Position numbers and translations under genes: made by a program. Below the pieces are notes generated by a model, which worked only from the letters and a program-made list of their open reading frames with translations, was not told the origin of the DNA and did no database searches. DNA of 55,848 nt, the filler included, from Sphacelaria rigidula (Eukaryota), in NCBI GenBank assembly GCA_964200075.2. It is 5 parts of 5 records of this genome, joined end to end, with 100 filler letters (N's around TTAATTAATTAA, not from the genome) between each part and the next. Parts side by side here need not be neighbours in the genome. Positions count along the whole stretch, not along the records: positions 22,382 to 33,470 come from CAXNAA020005407.1; positions 33,571 to 44,659 come from CAXNAA020005408.1; 3 more parts are not named here. One strand, 5' to 3'. This document shows, piece by piece, positions 24,699 to 36,555 of the stretch; within the stretch, counting starts at the first letter, position 1, and each line of letters begins with the position of its first letter.

Positions 24699-26251
24699 AT
24701 GGTGTCAAAAAGTCAGGCGAATAACATATCTGACGAACACTTTTTTGAAGAGGTTAAATATGACAAGACCACCGCCAGGGGCAGCTACAGCGGGGGCACG
24801 AGATTCCGTGACAACGTCGCTCTCGTACTGTTTCTTGGTGCGATGATGTACATCGGCGCTTTGTTCAACGCCGTTGGGGGAGAACAATCACCTCTGAGCG
24901 CGTCCCATGCGCTATCCAAGGGCACTGATAATGTCCATGAGGCTGTCCCCACTGAACAGCTTTTAGTTGAAAATGGAACCGTTGTTGATCCTGTGGTTGG
25001 TGACACGGGTGAGACACCGACCCATCACGACGTTCGAGACAGCATCGTTAACAAACCGGGTGGGGAAAGCAACGTTGTCGGCACGGATAGTGGCGACAGC
25101 CCCGAAGTTACTGTGACTCGCGAGTTCCCGTTTTATCGAGAGCCGGTCCATGTCCTCCCAGCATACGCAGTGAAGCACACATCGTCCCCGAAGTTTCACC
25201 GGTGGACGCCCGGCGAGTACATCGCCGTTAACCCCGAGGCACCAATGCCGAATAAGATTCCAGAATCGCAAGTCCAAGGCGGAGGTTTGTATGTTTGTTT
25301 CGGTAAATTTTGCGTTTGTGCTTGAGAAGTGGCGTGTTCATCGCTATGTCAGGCACTTTTACGAGTCGGTGTATCTTCTTGGATACCCCTCAGTTGCAAT
25401 ACTATGAAACCCTAAGGATCCTGTCGGATGGCACATGTGACGCGGATGATCCCAAGTGTTGACCACATCGCCACCACGTAGTCTCAGCTGGCATCGTCCA
25501 GAGTACGAGTATCTTTTGAGTCCTATTTCCCCCATTCTTCTGAAGTAAAGGGGTGGTAGACCGTACGCCCTCCGGGTTGACTGACATTGCCGATCATCTA
25601 TAGGACGTTTCACACACGGTCATTGCTTATCTCTTACTGAAATTTACTAATGTTAAATCTCTGCCCCGCCCTATCTGTGACGACAACAATAACAATATTC
25701 ACACCACCCGGAAACGGACAAAGAACCACCCTTCATCGATGCGGGAACACGCTCAGAGCATTACGGGGATGCACAGCGCGAGAGGCAGCTCAGCCTCAAC
25801 GAGAAAGCCCAGAATATCTTGCGATACCCGAAAAACGAGCGGGATCGTGGGTTTATCCCGGGGTCATTACAGGGGGGCACTGCTACCGACCACAAAAGGA
25901 TAGAGATTCTGCAGCAGGGAGTGAAGCTGTGGGGCGCGACATATGTACCCGCCATTGATCCTGAGCGACGCCAGCAATTAATAGAAAAATGGTCTACGCT
26001 GGGGGATGGTCAGGTGATGCATTATGCGGTCGTGAAGTATTTGTGTAGTGAGATGTAGTCATATAACCTATCCAGAAAGCACGAGGTGTCGCTGCTAAAA
26101 GTTTCGTACGGCTACTCAGTTTTCACGAGTTATGGAGTCGCTCAGAGATGGAGGGGAGTCAAAATCGTCACACTTCGACAAGGTGACGCAAGAGGCGTTT
26201 TCACGGGTTCCCGTTGTGGACAAAGCGAAGAACACACTGCGTGCTATCAGA
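24699..26251 (+). pseudogene. Probable pseudogene of a type II membrane protein of unknown function
   Basis: Exon 24699-25284 has a short N-tail, one hydrophobic helix (VALVLFLGAMMYIGALFNAV) and a stem region, then G|gtttgt. A phase-compatible second exon from 25712 has GG instead of AG at the acceptor, an in-frame TAG at 26056 and an apparent frameshift. Confidence 0.45.
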
Positions 26252-26709
26252 GGTGCCGCTTCGTCCTTCTGTCTTACTAAACATTTCTCTTTGACCTCGT
26301 GCAAGCTTGCTTCACAGAACAACCTCGACGTTTCCCCACGCAGTACAACAGAGGACGAGGCGTGGGGGAGATGATGGTACCACCCCTCCCCCCTCCCCCC
26401 ATCATGATGAGTACCCCCCAACCCCCACCTCCCTCCTGTGCGGTAAGCATAATGATTGTTGAGTTTGATCATTTTGTGCTGGGTGGAGAACCTCAACTCT
26501 GCGCAAACGGGATGATCGTGCTGGGTAGTGTTTAAATGGTGAGACGCTCTTGAGGCAGTGTAGCACGTGACTTTCTCTGGAAGTGGCGATACCACGAAAT
26601 GAAGCAACTCATTGGAGGGTGTCATCCATATGCAAGATAGTTCGCATGCTTCAGACCGAACGATCCTATTAGGATGCAGCTCAACCTTTATGCGAATCAG
26701 GGAACATAT

Positions 26710-26926
26710 TGTAATGCGTGAGAGGACCGCGTGCTTAGAGGGCCGCATCGGAATTTGAACACCCCTATGGTTAGGGTTAGGGTTAGAGTGAGGGTTAGGG
26801 TTGGGGTTGGGGTCAGGGGCGTGATCCCTGCAGGGACTGGCCCGATTGGTTTCGAACAAAGTCTACCCTGAGGTGTTTTGGACTACGATGCGGTCCTCTA
26901 AGCACGCGGTCCTCTCACGCATTACA
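26710..26926 (-). mobile_element. MITE with internal (TTAGGG)n, copy 2 (217 bp)
   Basis: Same TIRs, inverted interior, GGTTAGGGTTAGGGTTAGAGTGAGGGTTAGGG; perfect 5-bp TSD CATAT. Confidence 0.93.
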
Positions 26927-28588
26927 CATATCACGGCGCTTTGCCCTTGGTGATTACGAGACTGGTTCGACGAAAACCCGGCGTTCTCCGTCCCGGCTTT
27001 GTAGGGATGCGGAGTAAATGGTCGTATGACTAGGGCATGCAAGATCAGGATGACTACACTCCTCCCCACTTACCGTCGAACGCCTCAATTCGTTGCTGCC
27101 ATTCTTTTTCTCTCTCTCTTGACTATTTTCACGCCAACAAAATCGCGAAATGCGACGAATGACCGACTATCCGTGCTGAACGGAGAGAACAGGGGAATGC
27201 TGAACGTAATGATGCGAACGATGAGTCGAAGGGGCGGATACTCTACGTAATCACGTCCTTTGATCGAGGTACCAGCCATGAATGGAGTGAGGGTTCTTCA
27301 CTGGACAAATTGGACTTTGTGCTAATGATGATGGACGAGATGAGAGAGGCGTGTGAGGTACGTGAATCTTAAGATAGCAGGGGGTGATACACCACATCAC
27401 ACGGATTCCACTTCTAGCTATTCAACATATATGAGACGATTGTCCCAGGGTCATTGCTTCGCAGTTTCGCCAAACGTCATCTTCAGGAAAGACATATATG
27501 TATATTTCAATATGAAAATCTCGGGCGCCGAATGTCGGGAAAGGTCTACAGCGCTCTCAACATCGACCTACATTTGAGGTTCCTCCATTCAGCATCGGAA
27601 TTCCATCAAGTTGAGCACAGCTTAACAGCAAGATACGACCAAGCTCGAAAGGAAGGATCATTCCACGATAGGGGAAGGGGACGGGGTAGGGGGTGGGCCG
27701 TTTCTTCCACGAAAACGCCACTACTTCAAATCGCCGTTGAAAGCAGCAGCCTTCAACTGAAAGCTCTAGGTACAAACAAGGCACGCTCATCTGTGCTGCT
27801 TGATACATACAGCCGAATATAAGCATACACCTATGAGGTCCTCTTTTTCGTGGTATGAAATACCTATTCCAGGATCATTCCGAACCAAGAGCATTCATAA
27901 TTGTTGATGTAGTGTGCCGCGCAACCTTCATTCTGAGCAGAATGTCCGCTTGAGGGGTGACAACGGCGCACGAACATCGTAACATGCCGGCCGAGCGTAC
28001 TAGATAGATAACCCGGGTTAAGTACTGTGACGAAAATACGCCGTTACATTGAGTTGGTAGTGATGATATGGATAATGACTGGGGGCACGGGGACTCTGGA
28101 GGGTCTTGGATAATGACCGGGGGAACGGAGATGGTACTTGCGGGTCTAGAAAAGCTGGTGCCTTCGAAGGTCATTCCTGAATGATGAGAATGTTGTAAAG
28201 GCTGACAACTGAAACAGAGGCTAGTAAGACTGGGGAGTTCCTCAACAGCAGTGATCCATCAATCCTTCTTCTGGCTGGCGTCACAATATCGATATCAGTG
28301 CTAGTGTTAGGGCTAGAAACCTGCTAGAAAGGATTTCGGTAGGAGTCTGGTAGCTGTGGAAATCTGTAAACCACGGACGCGTGGAGATGGTTCCAGCTGA
28401 GGCGGCTGCAGAAAGGCGGCTGGCCTGTGATTGATCCAGACTGGAGACTTCCTAAAGCTGCGTGCAGTGGGAGTGTGGAGGCTCCTACGACTGTGTGGCG
28501 CGGGGACGAAGCAAGAAAAGTGCAATTCGCGAAGGTCCGCTGGCTTGTAAAGGTCCGCAGGTAGCCAGTTACAGCTACAACTACAGCT

Positions 28589-29381
28589 ATGGCTAGCGGC
28601 TCACGAGGTACGTCCACCGTGACACCCGTGGTCATGCGGAACGAGTTGCGACCTCCCCAATACGGGGACAGGTACTCAGGGAGTGTATCTTGCATTTTTT
28701 ATACAAAATACGTAAAGTACAAGAAGCTGCGGAGCACACTAATGCAGGGGGTACTGTGCGGCATCAGGAGGTGACAATGAACGAGTTCCAACTCATGTGC
28801 AGAGAGTGTTCGCTTGTTTGGAACATAATGAGAGCACTATCACCCCGCCGCAATTGGTTGCGGCGATCAAAACGCATGCTGGGCATGCGGCGGGCGCCGA
28901 GATAGACCTAACCCAAGCGTCCGCACCCGTGGCGAAAGCCGTCGCCATGGATTCTCGGGGGGAAGCGATGTTGGAGCGGGTGGAGCCCCTCCTGTCATAT
29001 TTGGAGAAGTACTTCACGGAAAAGCCGAACGTGGAACTAGTACATCGTTCCTCCGGTGATGAGTTCATTCCCAGCCCGGCTGCAGAAATCACTAAGGCTT
29101 TGGTGGAGGGATTGGCACCGGAAAAATTCAAGCAAGCCGTGCTTGTCGAGCTGCAGCACCGAACAGACTGGAAGGCCGACTCATACCTAGTGATGAGCAC
29201 CGTCGTGACCGAGGCCAAGGAGTGGCGGAAAAAAGAGGTGTTCGGCAAGTCGTTCATGTCTTCGCCGAAATCTTTGCGCAACCATGGCTCGAAATCGACC
29301 GGTCGCGCCGCGAGTATTACCTCCCACTGCTGTGGCCAGGTCGGCCATCACGCGCGCGATTGCTCAATGTCTTCCGGTTGA
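28589..29381 (+). pseudogene. gag (frameshifted) with degenerate zinc knuckle
   Basis: Two ORFs (28589-28774, 28797-29381) are homologous to 21035-21760; ends SHCCGQVGHHARDC. Confidence 0.75.
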
Positions 29382-29939
29382 GAGGCTGGGCAGTCTCAAG
29401 CCGCGCGCCATCAGTAATGTCAGCACAAGGGCAAAGGACGACGTAATCGGGGTGGTGGCGGCGGCGGATCCTCCGGCGATGGAGGGTCGCAGGCGAGCTC
29501 TCAGCAGCAGCTAGAGTAGCGGCGGCAGAATCAGCAGCAGCAGGGGCAGCGGCATCAGCATGGGCCTGGTTCGGGGTCCGGCGCCGCTGTAGGTGCTGCT
29601 GCTCCGCAAGGGGCGATGCAGATGGGCCCGACTTCTACAGTGTTGAACACTGCGCCAGCGCCGGTGGTGGCGCCGGCGGCGACACCGGCAGCAGCGCCAG
29701 GCGCGACGCCTGTTGATGCGCTGGTTGGAGGGTCGCCAAATTCTTGGTCTGCTGGCTGGGGGGCGTACCCACCGGTGATGCCATTTGAACCTGCCGGGGC
29801 GTCTTTGCCTGCGCAGCTTGCGCAGCCGTGTTGTCAAGTGGAATTAGCGGCGCATAGGTCGGCGGAAGAAGCTTCCGTGGAGGTTGCCGACAGATACATT
29901 CCTGCGGAGTTATGTCTTCCGAATCAACGGCAGCATGGT

Positions 29940-32900
29940 CCATTGTCGTTCGGTCTGTGTTGGATTCTGGCACCCACTTCACTAGTCTGCCGGTGCAGAT
30001 GGTTGAGATGCTGGAGCGTCAACTCCCGGGTGTGCCGCTGCGCATCCCGTTTTCGCTCGGGGCGCGGTAGGCCGTCACCTCGTCGGGTCAGCATGCTGCC
30101 GTCACGGAGCGAACTGTTCCGTTGCAGCTAGCTTGCAAGACTGCTTGGGGGCTGGCGCCATTGCCTCAGATCTCGTTTGCGATTATGCCGGGGTCGGATG
30201 GCGTTGTTTTTCTTGTGTTGCCGGCGCTTCAGGATCTAGGAGTCGACCCGTATGAGCGGTTGCGGGACTCCATCAAGACGCGGATGTCTCCGCCTGGTTC
30301 GCACGTAGAGACGCTCGCCTTTTGGGGCAGTCGTCGCGTGAGCTTGTCGGTGGATGCTTCTCAGGAGGCTGGGGGGCAGGTGACCGAGGAGCGGGATGCG
30401 GCGGTGGAACGCTTAGTAGAGCGCGGCCCGGACATGTTCATGGACCCGGCGGAAGAGGAGTCCGCTCGGAAGGTCGCGCTGGAGAAAAGCGTGACGGATG
30501 CCGCGGCGAAAGGCCTCAGCGTCCCCAAAGCGGAACGCCTGCGCGGCATCTGGCATCGCTGCGTCAACGCGTATCGTCGTGCGCTACGGGGTGATCCCCC
30601 TGCGCGCGTGGAGCCCATGCGTGTCCAGCTGAAACCTGGGGCGTCCGCGGTGAAGACGAAGCCTCGGCGGTACGATCCAATGAAGTTGAGCTGGTTGGCG
30701 TCGGGCATGGCGGCTCTTTCGGCGCTTGGGTTAGTAGTCCAGAACCTGCAGGCAGTATGGTCTAGTCCGGCGATGGCGGTTCTCAAGAAAGACTCGTTTC
30801 GCCTGGTAAGCGACTACAAGGCTGTCAATGATCAGGTTGAGGAATCGCCGTGTGTGATGCCAATTCAAGGGTCGGACATGCGTGATCTCTTGAGTGCTCG
30901 TTTTATTGGCAAGTTGCACCTCCTCCAACGTTAATGGCAGATGCCTTTGGCGGAGGAGGCGCAAGAGATTTTCACAACCACGACCCCGCTAGGCTTGTTT
31001 ACCCCGAAGCGAGTGCCGCAAGGCGTGATGAATGCCACGACATATTTTCAAGGTATCATGACAGAACTGCTTGTCGGCTTGAAATGCAAGATATGGGTGG
31101 ATGATGTGTTTGCTTTCGCGGACACGGAAGACGAACTTTTAGACAGGCTTGATGCTATCTTGGCTCGTTTAGAGAGTGTTGGTTTGTCTGCCGCGGCGTA
31201 CAAATGCACTTTCTTCGCTAGTGAACTCGTGTGGTGTGTGAAAGTGTACTCACACGGACGCGTATCTCATGACCCTGCCAGCTTGCAAGGCTTGTCTGAC
31301 ATGCGGCGCCCAGAGACGGCCGCAGAACTCATGCAATTCCTGAAGGCTGCGAATTGCCTGCGTACCTCGTTGCCGCGTATGGCAGAAACCGTAGCTCCCT
31401 CGCGTTTTTTCCTTGAAGAGCTTGTAATGCGTGAGAGGACCGCGTGCTTAGAAGACCGCGCCGTACTTCAAAATACCTCAGGATCGACGTTTTTCAAAAC
31501 CAATTGGGCCAGTTCCTGCAGGTACCACGCCCCTGACGCTAACCCTAACCCTAACCTTAACCTTAACCCTAACCATAGGGGTGTCCAAATTCCGATGCGG
31601 TCCTCTAAGCACGCAGTCCTCTCACGCACTACAGAGCTCATGCCGGGTGCTGAGAGGCGGATGAAGCGGGTTGCAAAAAACCACGCTATTCCGCCTGCAT
31701 CGTGCACGGAGGGCAGGTTGCAGGCGTGGGCGGCAGCGAAGGATCTGGTAGCTCACCCCGTGACGCTGTTCCATGCTCGTCCTGGTCGTCAGGTGCTCAT
31801 GTTTCCGGATGCATCCGAATGCCATCGGGGTAGTTTCGTTACGCTGGTGCCTAAAGCTGAAATGCAAAGACACCTGCCGGTTGAGGATATGACGCATGAA
31901 CCGCTGGCTTTCCTCAGTAGCATTTCCAAGGGTTCGCAGTTGCGATGGGCCACAATTGATAAGGAAGGTTTTGCTATCGTAAGCACATTTCGTCGTTTGG
32001 AGCATTTTCTGTGGGATGGGGTGCACATTTTCACGGATCACCGGAATGTCGTGTATATTTTCAACCCGGAAGCGTGCGTTACGCCTGTGTCAAAGGAATT
32101 GGCACGGCATTCGGAGGGTTTGAAAGCTATTCTTGGCCAGTATCGTTACTCGATTTGCCATATTTCGGGTGACCGTAATACGTGGGGTGACTTGCTTTTG
32201 CGTTGGGTAAATATTCCGGCTTTGCCTGTGCGCGCTGTGGCTCTGTGTATGGTCCGTGTGAACCTGATGACTCGGTGCCGTCCATGTCTGTTGTCCGCCA
32301 AGCACACCGAAACGACCTTGGGGCCGAAGATGCGGATGTGCAATCTTTCGAGTCGGACGGTGGTACTGCTATCTTGGACAATGAAGGTCTATTTCGTGTG
32401 CATGTGCGTGGCCGAAACGTTTTGTGGATTCCGAGGTCTGACAAGCAGTTGCACGTACGCCTGATGATTTGCGCGCACATGCGCGACGCCGGGCATCGTG
32501 GTGTGGCTGCGACGCTCGTGCGCTTGCAAGAGTTTTGTGTCTGGCAGGGAATAGAAACTCATGTGCGCGAATTTTTCCGCTAGTGTCTTCGCTGTGCTGA
32601 CTCGAGGGCGGGCGATGTTGTTCCCCGCCCGCTCGGCGAAACGGTCCATGGGACCACGCCGAATGAAGTCGTTCATTTTGACTTCCTGTACGTGGGCGAG
32701 AGTGGCCCGCTAGCTTCCCAAGGGTTATCGGAGGATGCTGGGTTTCGATACATTTTGGTAATCATGGATGATTTGAGCAACTTCGTGTCTCTGGAGCCAG
32801 TAGCGGTGTGTACTGCTGAATCGACTGCTACATCTTTGCTGAATTGGTGCAAACATTTGGGGGTGTTGGGTGTGTGGGTGAGTGATACCGCCACGCATTT

Positions 32901-33470
32901 CAAGAATGCAATCTTGGCTCGATTGCGGGAGGCTTTGCGCGTTGATCACCAGTTTGCGGTGGCGTATTCTCCGTGGCCTAACGGCACGTGCGAACGCATG
33001 GTCAAGGAAGTAGTTCGTGCTCTTCGCTCTATACTTCTCGAGCAGCGTAGAGCGGTTTCCGAGTGGGTGGACGTGTTGCCTGCGGTGCAATGGGCGCTCA
33101 ATGCAGCGTATCGTCGTCGGTACGATGGTATGCCGTACCACGTGATGTTTGGTCGTGCCCCTCTGACGTCTTTCTCGGTGTTGGCGTCTTCGTCGGCGGA
33201 GGAATGGAACTGTGATGTTTCGGACGATGTTAAACTTAAACGTGCGCTGCAAGGAGTCTTGGACTTGCAAGAACGTTTCCACGTTCAAGTGCAGGAACGT
33301 GTTGCCGCTGAACGTGCGCGTAGACGTGAGGGGTCCTCGTCGGGACTGGAATTGCGGGATTTTGAGGTAGACGACTATGTCTTGTATGCACGCGTGCGTC
33401 GTCCGGGTGTTACGCCCAAGTTGATGGCGACGTGGACTGGTCCATGGAGAGTGGTTGGTGCTCACCACCC
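29940..33470 (+). pseudogene. pol (PR-RT-RH-IN), disrupted
   Basis: Motifs are spread over ORFs 30122-30934, 30941-32464, 32203-32583 and 32692-33470. Confidence 0.9.
31423..31633 (+). mobile_element. MITE with internal (CCCTAA)n, copy 3 (211 bp), nested in gypsy pol
   Basis: Same TIRs; perfect 5-bp TSD GAGCT (31418-31422 and 31634-31638). Confidence 0.95.
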
Positions 33471-33570
33471 NNNNNNNNNNNNNNNNNNNNNNNNNNNNNN
33501 NNNNNNNNNNNNNNTTAATTAATTAANNNNNNNNNNNNNNNNNNNNNNNNNNNNNNNNNNNNNNNNNNNN
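33471..33570. other. Artificial contig spacer
   Basis: 44 N + TTAATTAATTAA + 44 N. Confidence 0.98.
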
Positions 33571-33928
33571 TAGCTCGACCACCATTATGGTTACCGCAAA
33601 AAAACGCAACCACGCAAACAAAAACGGTAACCTGGTTGCCTAGCTTCCGCAGTGAGTGGCGTGTTTTACAGCGTCATCGCCAACAGACGCCAACCCCTTC
33701 GGGGGTCCGCCCCTACAAAGCCGGGATGGAGCACGCTGGGTTCTCGCCGGACCAGGGGGGGGGGGGTTCTAATCCTCACCAGCTAGAGCGTTGGCTACCC
33801 GCGCTCGAGCGCACGAAGCAGTGGGGAATCACAGTGTCAAACACCCGTGGTTGAAGGCATTGATCCCTGCATGTAGTATACACCTGGCAGGTAGATAAAC
33901 CACAGTAATCGCTCTCAACTTTTTCATC

Positions 33929-35117
33929 TCATGGCTCGTTGTACGGGTTGTTCCTGTTGCAGTGGGTGTTCCCAACATTGACATTGACACACAATCCCTT
34001 CCACCACATTGCACGTACCGCATCCCACAGTCCACCGGGTAGTGTTAAAGACACCACCTCATCCTTCGCCTCCCCGTCGATGTTGCTCTCAGCAACACCA
34101 GTAGTACCTGCGCTAGAACCAACGCCATCGCCATCGCAGGGGGCAACGCAAGTAGACGACCCTCGTGCCTCTGCTCCTCGTTCACCTCCACCTCCGTTAG
34201 CGTCACTACTTTTCTGGCTATCACTACCATTGATGCTGCTGCCAGCAGCACCACCAGCACCATCACGCCCACCATCAACAACACCGACAGTGGGCGCAAC
34301 GCTACCAGCCCCTTCTTTTGGTCCTGCTTCTCTACCCCCGTTAGCGTTACTGTTTTCACGGCTAATATCATCATCGAAGCAGCTGTCAGCAGCAGTAGAA
34401 CCAGCAGTAGCACCAGCATCACCAAATTCACCACCACTACCAACGCTGGAGGTAACACTGCCAGCTCCCCCTCTTGGTCCTGCTGCTCCTGTACCTCCAT
34501 CACAGTTACTGTCTCCGCGATTGCTATCACCATCGCCACTGTTGTCACCAGCACCGTCATGACCACCATCAACACTGGAGACAACGCTACCACCCGCTCC
34601 TCCTGCTCCTGTTCCGCCTACATCTCCACCTTCTTTATACTTGCTGTTTTCGCCGCAATCATCGCCATCGACGCAACCATCAGCACCAGCCGCACCAGAA
34701 CGATCATCACCACCACTACTGGCTGCAACGCTACGAACCGCCCCTATTGCCCCTGTTACTCCGTCTGCACCACAGCCTTCGCAGCTATCCTCGTCGACGC
34801 TAGTGTCAGCAGCAGGACGAGCATCACCGCCACCAAGACCATCACCACCGCCGCCGGAGGCAACGCCACCAGCCAGCCATCTTACCCCTGATTCTCCACC
34901 TCCGTTAGCGTTACTGTTATCACCAGCATTAGTGCTGTTGTCAGCAGCATCAGCAACACCCGTAGCACTATCACCGTCACCGTCACCACTAGGAGAAACG
35001 CCACCAGCGGGGGACTCGTCGAGAGAAATCGGCGACGGTGACAGGACGAAACGAAACGCTTCCGCCCATCGACCTTCGGCTGCCCTCTCCGGCACGATGC
35101 CCAAAGGTACCAGTACC
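33929..35117 (-). CDS. Last exon of a large low-complexity protein gene (Gly/Asp/Ser/Ala-rich repeats)
   Basis: Acceptor ccgcag|G GTA CTG is phase 2 and matches the preceding donor; open for ~395 codons to TAG. Confidence 0.6.
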
Positions 35118-35624
35118 CTGCGGGTGTCAAGCGGAGCGGGTGGAAATGTAGTATATCTTTGCTATGATATACTGTATAGAAGAATCTGCTCGGATATATT
35201 TCGTTACTCTGTAAGGAGTACATCGCGTCACATGCAAAAAGGAAAACAACACGATGGGAGACTGACGTGGAGGACGGTTCTGGATCTTCCCCAGCCGAGC
35301 ATGAAGGTGATCACAAACATTGCCTCCATCTGTCAGTTTTCTGATCACCCGCAGCCCGCAGAACTGAGCGATGAAAAAATATTTTTTGCACAAGCAGCGT
35401 GACTTGGACCTCAACACGTACGTCTTATCAGTGCGTGCGCTTGTAAAACCGATCCAAGTTCAGGCTTGGTTCAGCAACACACAAACCCGAGACCACTTTA
35501 TACGGCCAGCCAAATGCACGGAGTCTTGACGGCCAGCCAAATGCACGGAGTCTTGGGTGCAGCATGGCCCGCCTGTGCGGGACAACAACGACCACAACAT
35601 CAGCGTATAGTAAGGTGAACTCAC

Positions 35625-35905
35625 TTAGCTTCCCATTCCCGATCTGTAGCTGCCGTCCCTCTTCGTCCCGTATCATTTTCACGTACATGCGCTAGGGACC
35701 CGCTACCTTTCCCTTTCCCTTTCCCTTTCCCTTTTCCTTCCACGTGATCATTACCATCGTCCTGGTCGTGCTCATGTAGCACTTCAATGTGCCCATCCTC
35801 GTTTGATTTGGCACCGTTCCGCTCATCCCTCTTTTGGCCACCGTCCATTGCCTCACCGAGCGCCTTATTGCTGTCCAATACAGGCTGGCACATCATCGGT
35901 ACCAC
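35625..35905 (-). CDS. Internal exon of the same gene
   Basis: Acceptor cttctccttag|GTG, donor AA|gtgagt; VVPMMCQPVLD...GKGKGKGKGKG...EWEAK. Confidence 0.6.
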
Positions 35906-36555
35906 CTAAGGAGAAGGGGTTCAACAGTTACACATGCTGCCGATAGGCGTTGGCGCGTCTTACAACAAAATAGAAGTGAGCAAACTCGACGACACGTATA
36001 ATAGGCGTGAACGCGCGACGTGTCTCTTACCCCAATGCCTCTGGTGTCCAATGCGACCCATGAAGCAATCGCGTGGGTCAAGCTCTCTGGGACGACGAGT
36101 CTGTCGGAAGGGAATCACACAGGAAAAATATTCGAATAGTCGGCGAGGGGGGCTGGGGTCAAGTGAACCTCATCTCCGAGTCATCTTGCGCAGGTTGACG
36201 GCGAGCGAATATGATATGTCGAAAGCAGGGCAAACGAGGCACTCAAGCCACATTCTATATGGGAAAATGGCGAGTTCGTGGAACGCAGCGGCTGTTTCGT
36301 GGTCGTCACCTCCAACATTGCCAACACTCCGCAAACATTGAGACACGCCAAACCACGTCTACTTCTCGCTCGCGTTTCCACTGCACAAGCGCCTACACCT
36401 ACAGTGACCCACACGAGAGTGCAGTGATAATTCCAAAAACATGGAAGTAACTATGCTTTCACCAAACCAAGGCAACAACGACGCTGCTTTGCATGTTGAG
36501 AAGGTGTACCATACCCGGGGAAACGAGCAGCTATGTCTGCCACGCTCCACGCCAC

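Larger units (their letters stand above)
28191..33470 (+). mobile_element. Degenerate Ty3/gypsy LTR retrotransposon (3' end lost at contig end)
   Basis: Domain order gag, protease (VLDSGTHFTS near 29958), RT (FRLVSDYKAVN, RVPQG, WVDD), RNase H (FPDAS, DKEGFAI, FTDHRN), integrase (GH..C..C, HFDFLY, VSDTATHF, NGTCERM). Several stops and frameshifts. Confidence 0.95.

Noticed and set aside
26765-26820. True telomere
   Set aside because: The tract is short, degenerate and enclosed by MITE TIRs in the middle of a contig.
33711-33755. Short match to 26962-27006 (CCCTACAAAGCCGGGA...) as a conserved coding motif
   Set aside because: Only about 45 bp; consistent with an ordinary interspersed repeat fragment.
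33939-35402. Plus-strand Pro/Ser-rich ORFs (33939-34562, 34641-35402)
   Set aside because: They are antisense shadows of the Gly-rich minus-strand exon, which has phase-consistent splice sites.
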